From a virus (Duplodnaviria > Caudoviricetes), in the IMG/VR virus record IMGVR_UViG_3300005099_000009, positions 1 to 61,313 of that record: DNA of 61,313 nt; one strand, 5' to 3'. Every line of letters starts with the position of its first letter. The stretch's first letter is position 1. The notes under the pieces were generated by a model, which saw nothing but the letters and a program-made list of their open reading frames with translations, had not been told where the DNA came from and did no database searches. The translations under genes were made by a program, and so were the position numbers. This document shows, piece after piece, positions 36,503-44,439 of this stretch.

Positions 36503-37059
36503 TGGGACAATTCAATCAACTAGCGGTAGAGCGAGCGGTTTATGATTTACTCATTGCGATAGGCGAAGACCCTTCCCGGCCAGGGCTACGGGATACCCCA
36601 CGGCGTGTAGCAGAGATGTACTATGAGCTCTTACACTACCAAGACACGCACCTTACTGCTTTCCCCAACGAAGAGAAATATGACCAGATGATCATTGTGC
36701 GTCACATCCCCTTCTGGAGCTTATGCGAGCATCACTTGCTTCCTTTCGGGGGTTATGTGAGCGTGGGGTATATTCCTACCAATAAGCTATTAGGCTTATC
36801 CAAGCTCATTCGTATTGTAGAGGTATTCGCGCATCGCCTACAGCTCCAAGAGCGGATGACCCAACAGATTGCTAATACGATTCAGCAGCACATTAACCCA
36901 TTAGGCTGTGGTGTATTAGTTGAGGCCGAGCATTTATGCATGAGTGCTAGAGGAGTCAAGAAGCAAGGGCACAGGACTATCACTAGTGCTCTGAAGGGAG
37001 TTTTATTGGACAAACCAGAGGCTCGGATGGAGTTCTTGAGATTGTGTGGGTATAAATGA
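36502..37059 (+). CDS. folE: GTP cyclohydrolase I
   Basis: DTPRRV, SLCEHHLLPF, GLSKL, QLQER, HLCM..RG. Confidence 0.95.
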   Translation: MGQFNQLAVERAVYDLLIAIGEDPSRPGLRDTPRRVAEMYYELLHYQDTHLTAFPNEEKYDQMIIVRHIPFWSLCEHHLLPFGGYVSVGYIPTNKLLGLSKLIRIVEVFAHRLQLQERMTQQIANTIQQHINPLGCGVLVEAEHLCMSARGVKKQGHRTITSALKGVLLDKPEARMEFLRLCGYK

Positions 37060-37893
37060 AAATTTACTTTGTAGACAGCGGTTCATGGGCATGCGTATTT
37101 ATAGAGGAGCGTGTTAATCGAATCCTTATTAGCTTCGCGGAATTCAATACCCGCAAAGCTCTTGAATCTTACATTAGTCAGTTTGACTACCCCCTTGACA
37201 TCTTCTTCGATAGCGGGGCTTTCTCAGCTTATTCTAGAGGCTACCGTATAGACCTGGAGGACTACGGGCGCTTCCTCTTAGAGAATCAGCACTTCTTCAC
37301 AGTATACGCCAACTTAGACGTTATTGGTGATTGGCGCGCTACTTGGGATAATCAACAAAAGCTGGAAGCGATGGGCTTGTCGCCTTTACCTGTGTTCCAC
37401 TATGGCGAGCCTTGGGAGTACTTAGAGCAACTAGTTCGGCGCTACGACTACTTGGCTTTGGGAGGTATGGCAGGTGTCCGTTCCAAAACTAAGCTTGTTC
37501 CATGGATAGCTCAATGTTTCTGTATTATTCGATCAATTAAGCCACATTGTAGAGTGCACGGCTTTGCCTTGACCTCACCGTTTTTATTGCGGCTGTTCCC
37601 ATGGTATAGCGTAGATAGCTCTTCGTATGCAGCTAGCCGCTACGGCCAAATATTTCTGTGGGGATGGGTGTCGTTGTGTGAGTTGGGATTTAGACCGCTG
37701 CAATCCATTTTCTCCGCGTATCTTGGCGTTATTGCGAAAGAACGGCTTAAACCTGCAAATGGTTCTCCGGGCATTGAGGACTGAGCGAACCAGCTCTGCA
37801 TACCTACCTCTCTTTAAATGCAATGTTCGTACGTTTCTTAGACTAGAGGAGCAAATCAATGCAAATCAAAGACATTCCCATCGAGCTAATTGA
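37056..37893 (+). CDS. DpdA/TGT-like 7-deazaguanine DNA transglycosylase, apparent frameshift at 37660-37663
   Basis: DSGAFSA, NLDVIG, PVFH, ALGGM, HGFALT, WYSVDSSS; as sequenced ends at 37784, and removing one G extends it to 37893. Confidence 0.75.
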
Positions 37894-38515
37894 ACCTAAC
37901 CCTTGGAATGCGAGGCGTTTATCGCGTGACGACCCTCGCTTTCGATCCATTGTTAACGCAATTCAGATGGATGGCGAGCTTTCCTCTATTCCTATCGTCC
38001 GTCCTCTGCCCAATGGACGCTACCAGATGGTGGGAGGTTGGCATCGTACTTTAGCGGCTAAGGAAGCAGGTCTTAAATCTATTCCCTGTATTGTGCGCGA
38101 GATGAGCGAGCAGAGGGCGCGCGAGCTTACATTGCTGCTAAACAAGGCGGAGGGCGATGATGATTGGGAAGCGCTACGCGAAGCTTTACGAGCGCTAGAG
38201 GAAGACTTTAACCTAACGCGGGAAGAAATTAGCGATCTCACCGCTTTTGATCTTAATGAGATTGATGACTTACTTACCTTTAGCTTAGACGACTTAGCGT
38301 CTCTAGCTCAACTTGCCAAGGAAGCGCCCGAACCGGATGATGAAGAGATGCAATGGGTTAGGCGCAGTTTTCGCTTGCCAGCCTCGGCAGCGCGAGTCGT
38401 AGACGAGGCCATTCAGCGAGTGGAGCAACAAGAAGGGGTGCAAGCTTGGCGCGCCTTAGAACTAATCTGCGCTGACTTCTTAGCGGGAGCAGAGCAGGAT
38501 GTCTCGGTGGCCTAA
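37859..38515 (+). CDS. ParB/Srx N-terminal domain protein
   Basis: IEPNPWNAR, PIVR, YQMVGGWHR..AA...G...IPC. Confidence 0.85.
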   Translation: MQIKDIPIELIEPNPWNARRLSRDDPRFRSIVNAIQMDGELSSIPIVRPLPNGRYQMVGGWHRTLAAKEAGLKSIPCIVREMSEQRARELTLLLNKAEGDDDWEALREALRALEEDFNLTREEISDLTAFDLNEIDDLLTFSLDDLASLAQLAKEAPEPDDEEMQWVRRSFRLPASAARVVDEAIQRVEQQEGVQAWRALELICADFLAGAEQDVSVA

Positions 38516-39197
38516 AGCCGTTGTGCTACTTTCGGGAGGCATTGACTCAACGACCTTGGCTACTTATTTACTGTCCCTTGACTTTGAGGTCTATGCTCTT
38601 ACAGTCGCATATCAGCAACGCCACCAGCGAGAAATCGAGGCGGCCCGCACTATTGCGCAGAGCTTAGGCATAGAGCATCGAGTTATCCAAGTCCCTCTAC
38701 AAGGCATAGCACGCAGTGCTCTCTTGGGCGATTCGCCAATTCCTCATACCCAATATAATCAAGAGACGCAGAGGCAAACCGTAGTGCCCAATCGCAATAT
38801 GATTTTGTTAAGTTTAGCTGTTGCCTGGGCGGTTTCTCTTAAGGCAGAAGTTGTGGCTTATGCAGCGCATCGTTCAGACTATGCAGTTTACCCTGATTGC
38901 CGGGATGTGTTCGTGAGGCCCTTGCGCCAAGCGATTCAAGCTGGTAATTACTCTGCTCCTACTCTCCTTGCCCCATTCCTCTATTACACCAAAGCGCAGA
39001 TAGTGGCCCTAGGCTTAAAGTTGGGCGCGCCGTATCATCTTACTTGGTCGTGCTATGAAGGTGACGAGCGTCCTTGCTTGGAGTGCGGGACGTGTCGTGA
39101 GCGTACGGAGGCGTTTGCTCTCAATCAAGTGCCTGACCCTGTGCTCACTCCGGAGGAGTGGCAGCAAGCTTTGCAGATCATTGGTTGGAAGGAATGA
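38499..39197 (+). CDS. queC: 7-cyano-7-deazaguanine (preQ0) synthase
   Basis: SGGIDS, VPNRN, YPDCR, TWSCY..C..C..C. Confidence 0.95.
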   Translation: MSRWPKAVVLLSGGIDSTTLATYLLSLDFEVYALTVAYQQRHQREIEAARTIAQSLGIEHRVIQVPLQGIARSALLGDSPIPHTQYNQETQRQTVVPNRNMILLSLAVAWAVSLKAEVVAYAAHRSDYAVYPDCRDVFVRPLRQAIQAGNYSAPTLLAPFLYYTKAQIVALGLKLGAPYHLTWSCYEGDERPCLECGTCRERTEAFALNQVPDPVLTPEEWQQALQIIGWKE

Positions 39198-39712
39198 CAG
39201 AACCTTGGGAACGTCAACCTGGCGAGAGTTCTAAAGCGTTCTATGCTTTTACTATATATCGCGACCTCGGCCCCAAACGGTCATTGCGCAGGGCCGCGGA
39301 GATATACTATTCGGGCAAATCCAAGGTAAATCTGGGGCAGATCGAGTACTGGTCTTACAAGTATCATTGGGTTGAGCGCGTCCAAGCTTGGGACGACTAC
39401 CAGGACCGGCTCAAGCGGGAGGCGCATCTCAAGGCCGTGGAGGAGATGGCCGACCGCCATGTCAGGTTGGCGCTGGCCCTCCAGGCCAAGGCCGCCGAGA
39501 GGCTAAAGCAGCTGCCCGCCGAGAAGATTGGCCCCGCGCAACTGGTGCGCATGATTCGGGCGGGCGTGGAGATCGAGCGCAAGGCGAGGGGCCTGCCCGA
39601 CTGGCTTATCGAGATAGCCGACCTGAGCGATGAGGAGCTTGTCGCCCGCTACAAGGAGCTGCTTGAGAGAATTGGCGGCGCTGCGGCTGATAGCGCGGAG
39701 GAGGGGGATTGA
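39194..39712 (+). CDS. Terminase small subunit
   Basis: PWERQPGES.KAF.AF..YRDLG..RSL...W.ER..AWD; directly upstream of TerL. Confidence 0.75.
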   Translation: MTEPWERQPGESSKAFYAFTIYRDLGPKRSLRRAAEIYYSGKSKVNLGQIEYWSYKYHWVERVQAWDDYQDRLKREAHLKAVEEMADRHVRLALALQAKAAERLKQLPAEKIGPAQLVRMIRAGVEIERKARGLPDWLIEIADLSDEELVARYKELLERIGGAAADSAEEGD

Positions 39713-41168
39713 GCTCCCGGAGCCGGCCAGCCGCCGCTACGAGCGGTTCTGCGAGCGCTACCGGGACGACCCGGTGGCCTTCCGCCACGACATCATACGG
39801 GACTCCAAGGATATACCTTACCAAGATGAAATACTAGCTGCATTGGTGGAGCGCAAGCGGGCGGCCGTGCGCTCGCCCCACGGAGTGGGCAAGACGGCTG
39901 TCGCGGCTTGGGCCGTGCTGTGGTTCGTGCTCACCCGCCCGGAGGACACCAAGGTGGTCACCACGGCCACGGCTTGGCGGCAGCTCACCAAGTACCTCTG
40001 GCCGGAGATGCACAAGTGGGCCCCCAAGCTCCGCTGGGACCTGGTCGGCCTCCCGCCTTGGCAGAGGGACAGGCAGCTCCTGGACCTCGCCATCAGGCAC
40101 GGGCCCACCTGCGAGGCGTTCGCCGTGGCCTGCTCCGACCCCGACACGATAGAAGGGGCGCACGCGGCCAACCTGCTGTACGTGTTCGACGAGGCTAAGG
40201 GCATCCCGCCCGCCACTTGGGACGCGGCCTTCGGAGCCTTCGCCTACGGTGATGCGTACGCGCTGGCGATCTCCACGCCGGGCCCCCCTGTGGGGCGCTT
40301 CTACGAGATACACGCCCGCAAGCCGGGCTACGAGCGCTGGTGGACGCGCCACGTCACGCTGGAGGAGGCGCTGGCCGCGGGCATGGTCAGCCCGGAGTGG
40401 GTGGAGGACTGCCGGAAGGCCTGGGGCGAGGATAGCGCCGTGTTCCGCCAGCGCGTGCTGGGGGAGTTCGCCGCCGACGAGGAGGCCGCTGTCATCCCCC
40501 TGGCCCTGGTGGAGGCAGCCATCGAGCGCTGGCGGGCCTGGGACGCGGCGGGCCGCCCACTGGAGGGCAAGCGCGTGCTGGGGGTGGACGTGGCGCGTTA
40601 CGGGCGGGACCGCTCGTGTATAGCCGAGCGGGTGGGCAACGTAGTGGTGGGCTTGGAGAAGTGGGGGCAGGCCGACCTCATGGAGACTACGGGTCGAGTG
40701 AGGGCGCGGCTGGGGGATGGCGTCGCCCACGTGGACGTGATAGGCTTGGGCGCAGGCGTGGTGGACAGGCTCCGCGAGCAGGGCTGCAGGGTAGTCGGCG
40801 TGAACTTCGCCGCCAAGACGGAGGCCGCCGACCGCAGCGGCGAGCTTCAATTCCTGAACGTGCGGGCTGCCGCCTGGTGGGGCCTGCGGGAGAGGCTAGA
40901 GGCCGGGGAGGTGGCCTTGCCGCCCGACGATGAGCTGATAGGCGACCTGGTGGCCCCGCGTTACTCCTATACTTCCGCCGGCAGGCTGAAGGTGGAGAGC
41001 AAGGAGAATGTCAGGGCCAGGCTGGGCCGCAGCCCCGACGTGGGCGACGCGGTCGTCCTGGCCTTCTGGGAGCCGGGGCTGGCCTTGGAGCCTGCCCTGG
41101 CGCGGGTGGAGTTCGACCCCCGTGAGCTAAGACGAGGGAGTTATGGGCTGGCGAGATCGCGTTATTGA
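39663..41168 (+). CDS. Terminase large subunit
   Basis: Walker A PHGVGKT, Walker B VFDEA, ISTP, nuclease GVDVARYG.D, SPD.GDA; TTG start inferred. Confidence 0.93.
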   Translation: MRELAALRLIARRRGIELPEPASRRYERFCERYRDDPVAFRHDIIRDSKDIPYQDEILAALVERKRAAVRSPHGVGKTAVAAWAVLWFVLTRPEDTKVVTTATAWRQLTKYLWPEMHKWAPKLRWDLVGLPPWQRDRQLLDLAIRHGPTCEAFAVACSDPDTIEGAHAANLLYVFDEAKGIPPATWDAAFGAFAYGDAYALAISTPGPPVGRFYEIHARKPGYERWWTRHVTLEEALAAGMVSPEWVEDCRKAWGEDSAVFRQRVLGEFAADEEAAVIPLALVEAAIERWRAWDAAGRPLEGKRVLGVDVARYGRDRSCIAERVGNVVVGLEKWGQADLMETTGRVRARLGDGVAHVDVIGLGAGVVDRLREQGCRVVGVNFAAKTEAADRSGELQFLNVRAAAWWGLRERLEAGEVALPPDDELIGDLVAPRYSYTSAGRLKVESKENVRARLGRSPDVGDAVVLAFWEPGLALEPALARVEFDPRELRRGSYGLARSRY

Positions 41169-42798
41169 GTGGCTGGGCGGGGTCCCCCTATCCCGCCACT
41201 CGCAGGAAGTCAAGAGGGCCTTCGAGAGCGGCGCTTGGTGGGCGGGCGAGGACGAGCCGCCTCCGGGCGGCGGGCCGGGCGGCTATCGCTGGGGCTACCG
41301 CCGCTTGGGGGCAGGCTTGCGGGACGTGGCCGAGGTGGACTACCACGAGGCCATCGAGCGCGTGTGGCGCCTGTACCGCACGAACCCCCTGGCCCGGCGG
41401 CTGATCCTCACCCAGCGCGACCAGGTCGTGGACACGGGCATCCGGCCCGTCGCCAGGGACGAGCGCGTGCAGGCCGTCTTGGACGAGTTCTGGGACGACC
41501 CCGTCAACCGGATGGGCGAGTTCGTCTACATGGCCGCCTTGCAGCTCTCCATCTTCGGCACGCAGGTGTACGTGGCCTTTCCCGACTTGGAGTGGAAGGA
41601 CGGCGGCGTGGTGGGCACGGGCCGGGTGAGGCTGGGCTACGTCGACCCGGCGGAGATCGAGGACATCGAGCTCGACCCCGACAACGCCCGCATCCCCGTG
41701 GCCGTCCGCCAGCGCAGGGAGACGGGCGAGACGCGGGTGTACCGCGTGATACACTTGGACGAGCGGCCCGACAGCCCCACGCGCGGCCTGCTCATAGGGG
41801 CCATGCCCGACCTCAGGGAGGACAGCCCCACCTACGGCAAGCTGGTGGACGAGAAGGGCCGGGTGTACGACGGGAGCTGCTTCCTCTTCCGGGTGAACCA
41901 CGTGATGAACGGGAAGTGGGGCTGGCCCGACATCCTGCACTTGGTGGACTGGCTGGAGCAGGCCGACCTCTTCTTCTTCGACATAGCGGAGCGGATTTAC
42001 TGGCTCACGACCTTCGTCTGGGACGTCCTCCTGCAGGGGGCGACCCCGGAGCAGTGCAAGGCGCGGGCCAAGGAGATCGCCACCTACCCGCCGCGCCGAG
42101 CCAGCGTCCAGGTGCACAACGAGAAGGAGGTCTGGACGCCCATCTCGCCTAGCCTCGGCCAGGCGGACATAGAACGCGCCGCGCGGGTGCTGGTCTGGTG
42201 GATCGCGGGGATAGGCTTCGCCGTCCCGGAGACCTGGCTGGGCTGGGGCAAGGGCACGACCTTCGCCTCGGCGAAGGAGCTGGGCGTGGTGACCCGCAAG
42301 GTCTTGGCCAGCCGCCAGAGCGTCATCCGGGAGATGGTGGAGCGGATGTGCCGCTTCCAGATAGACCAGGCTATCATCGCCCGCCGCCTGCCGCCGGACG
42401 TGGACAAGGCGGTTGACGTGCCCATGCCCAGCTTGGACGTCCGCGATTTGGGCGGGGCGGCGGCCAGCCTCCGCACCGTGGCCCAGGCGCTGGCGTTGGC
42501 CGTCTCGGCCAACGTGATGAGCCGGGAGGCGGCCGTCCAAGTTCTGGCCTACGCCGTCAAGGAGTTCGGCGTGGAGCTGGACGCGGAGCAGCTCAGGCCC
42601 GCGCAGGAGCAGTCGCTGGAGCAGATTCGGAAGAATCTTCAGGATTTGGAGCAGTGGGATAAGGTGCCGCTTGGCGAGCCGCTGCCGAAGGGCGAGGCCC
42701 TCGCGGGCTGGAAGGTGACGCCGGAGGACATCGAGCGCGCCAGGCGCGAGTTCGACGAGGTCTTGGAGCTGATGGGCGTTGAGCGGGCAGAGCGTTAG
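41143..42798 (+). CDS. Portal protein
   Basis: 551 aa after TerL; NPLARRLI, GWPDI, T.ASAKE features. Confidence 0.8.
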   Translation: MGWRDRVIEWLGGVPLSRHSQEVKRAFESGAWWAGEDEPPPGGGPGGYRWGYRRLGAGLRDVAEVDYHEAIERVWRLYRTNPLARRLILTQRDQVVDTGIRPVARDERVQAVLDEFWDDPVNRMGEFVYMAALQLSIFGTQVYVAFPDLEWKDGGVVGTGRVRLGYVDPAEIEDIELDPDNARIPVAVRQRRETGETRVYRVIHLDERPDSPTRGLLIGAMPDLREDSPTYGKLVDEKGRVYDGSCFLFRVNHVMNGKWGWPDILHLVDWLEQADLFFFDIAERIYWLTTFVWDVLLQGATPEQCKARAKEIATYPPRRASVQVHNEKEVWTPISPSLGQADIERAARVLVWWIAGIGFAVPETWLGWGKGTTFASAKELGVVTRKVLASRQSVIREMVERMCRFQIDQAIIARRLPPDVDKAVDVPMPSLDVRDLGGAAASLRTVAQALALAVSANVMSREAAVQVLAYAVKEFGVELDAEQLRPAQEQSLEQIRKNLQDLEQWDKVPLGEPLPKGEALAGWKVTPEDIERARREFDEVLELMGVERAER

Positions 42799-43378
42799 GG
42801 AGCAGCAGGCGCCTCTGCGCACGGCGGAGCAAAGGCGGCAGTTTGTTGCCCTGCGCCAGCAGCTTTTCCGGCGCGACGCGTCCAACTTGGCGCAGCGGCT
42901 CGTGGAGGGCCACATCTCGCTGGCCGACTGGCAGCGCGAGATGAAGCTGCTCATCAAGGACCTCCACGTGACCTGCGCCGTGGCGGCCAAGGGCGGCGAC
43001 TGGCGCGCTATGACGCCTCGTGACTGGGGCAGGGTGGGCGCGGAGTGCAGGAAGCAGTACAAGTTCCTGGCGCGCTTCGCGCAGGATATCTTCAAGCGCG
43101 CGCAAGAGGGCAAGCCGCTTACCTCGGCCATAGCCGCCCGCGCGAGGCTCTACGCTGGGGCGGCGAGGGCGACCTTCAGCCGCATCGAGCAGCTGGTGGA
43201 GAAGGCCCTGGGCCGGACAGAGGTGCGCTGGGTGACCGACCCGCTCGTGGAGAGCTGCCCCGACTGCTTGGAGCTGGAGGCCAGAGGCTGGATGCCCATC
43301 GAGGAGCTCACGCAGTTCCCCGGCGACGGAAGCACGCAGTGCGACGGGAACTGCCATTGCCACTTGGAGTATCGTTAG
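42779..43378 (+). CDS. MuF/SPP1 gp7-like head morphogenesis protein
   Basis: After portal; W....ESCPDC...PGDG.T.C.GNC.C. Confidence 0.75.
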   Translation: MSGQSVREQQAPLRTAEQRRQFVALRQQLFRRDASNLAQRLVEGHISLADWQREMKLLIKDLHVTCAVAAKGGDWRAMTPRDWGRVGAECRKQYKFLARFAQDIFKRAQEGKPLTSAIAARARLYAGAARATFSRIEQLVEKALGRTEVRWVTDPLVESCPDCLELEARGWMPIEELTQFPGDGSTQCDGNCHCHLEYR

Positions 43379-43379
43379 A

Positions 43380-44117
43380 ATGCTTTGGAAACTGGCGGCT
43401 GAGGCGATCGCCCAAGAGATGAAGCTTTCGGAAATCACCCTGCAAGCGCTCAGGGCCCTGGGCGAGGGCAAGCGGGCCCGGCAGGAGATTGGCTCGCTTC
43501 ACCGCCGCTGCCATCAGCTTTGGGGCCTATTGAAGCGGGGCGCGCAAGTCAACAAGGAGGACGTCGTCAACGCCCACGCCATCTTGGTGCGAAGGATGAA
43601 GGAGCTGGGGCTTAATCATAATATGGTAGATGACTTAGATAGAATCAGCAAGCGCTTCGAGGCCATTTCCTTGCCCGACTTGGACGGCTTGCCGGAGCGC
43701 ATCCTGGTGACCGAGGACTTCGTCTCCATCGTGGGCAGCGTGGCTCAGGGCGGGCAGGGCCACGACTTGGACGTGCTCATCCGGGCCGTGTTGGACGGAC
43801 GGGATTTCCGCATCCAGGCGGAGAATGTGCACCTGCCCTTGCGCAAGGCGCTCGACCCAGAAAAGCGCGGCTACCTGCACTTTATTGCGAATCCAAGCGG
43901 TCCGCACGCAGATTGTATACCATTATACGACTTAATGCTTGTTCGGAAGTCGCAAATTAAAGTGAGGCGCGTAGGCGAGGCAGACGGCGAGTATAAGGCA
44001 GACAGCGAGTATAAGGTAGACAGCGAAGACGAAGCTAGGGTCAGCGACGAGGAGCTGGTTCGCCGCTGGGCCGAGCTTGCCTTCTCGCCCGGGCGGCACT
44101 CCGAGCAGAAGCAGTAG
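43380..44117 (+). CDS. His-rich helical domain plus Pol-beta-superfamily nucleotidyltransferase
   Basis: FVSIVGSVA...HDLDVLI (hGS...DxD); N-terminal H..CH...H...H. Confidence 0.6.
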   Translation: MLWKLAAEAIAQEMKLSEITLQALRALGEGKRARQEIGSLHRRCHQLWGLLKRGAQVNKEDVVNAHAILVRRMKELGLNHNMVDDLDRISKRFEAISLPDLDGLPERILVTEDFVSIVGSVAQGGQGHDLDVLIRAVLDGRDFRIQAENVHLPLRKALDPEKRGYLHFIANPSGPHADCIPLYDLMLVRKSQIKVRRVGEADGEYKADSEYKVDSEDEARVSDEELVRRWAELAFSPGRHSEQKQ

Positions 44118-44374
44118 CGAGGAGGAGGGTCGCGGTACTGGCTGACGTACCAGCGCCAGTTGCCGAGAATCTCCAGTGCGGCTTCGCGGCGGGTGATCAG
44201 GCCCTTGCGCACGGCAACCTCAAGCTTGATCTCGCCGCGCCGCTTGGCCCAGTGACACGTCCAGCAGAGTAGGTGCGTGCCGAACTGATTGGAGTACTCA
44301 TTGCCTAGCCACTTGCGGGGCACATAGTGGTCTACGGTCAAATGGCTGGTGGCGCCGCAGTAATCGCACTGCAT
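43871..44374 (-). CDS. Antisense HNH-like Zn-binding protein
   Basis: CDYCG...LTVDHYVP...LCWTCH..K; AAAGGAG SD; 3' part overlaps 43380-44117. Confidence 0.75.
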   Translation of the reverse strand: MQCDYCGATSHLTVDHYVPRKWLGNEYSNQFGTHLLCWTCHWAKRRGEIKLEVAVRKGLITRREAALEILGNWRWYVSQYRDPPPRYCFCSECRPGEKASSAQRRTSSSSLTLASSSLSTLYSLSALYSPSASPTRLTLICDFRTSIKSYNGIQSACGPLGFAIKCR

Positions 44375-44410
44375 AATCCGGTCTCCTTTCGGCGATTAAT
44401 TTCGTCAAAT

Positions 44411-44439
44411 ATTATACCAAAAAATGTCAAGTTTGTCAA
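44411..44439 (-). promoter_or_regulatory. Consensus sigma70 promoter driving the antisense HNH gene
   Basis: TTGACA-17 bp-TATAAT with TGn extension. Confidence 0.88.

Noticed and set aside
37859-38515. ParB as part of a ParABS plasmid-prophage partition system
   Set aside because: No ParA; only the ParB/Srx N-terminal domain, embedded in the base-modification cluster
35551-39197. Queuosine tRNA-modification auxiliary metabolism
   Set aside because: No queF/queA, the TGT-like protein lacks the Zn-binding motif of tRNA TGT, and context fits DNA modification
44115-44424. Group I intron or intein explaining the split NTase/ligase locus
   Set aside because: Several in-frame stops exclude an intein; the ~310-bp insert is fully taken by an antisense gene and promoter, with no recognisable intron core
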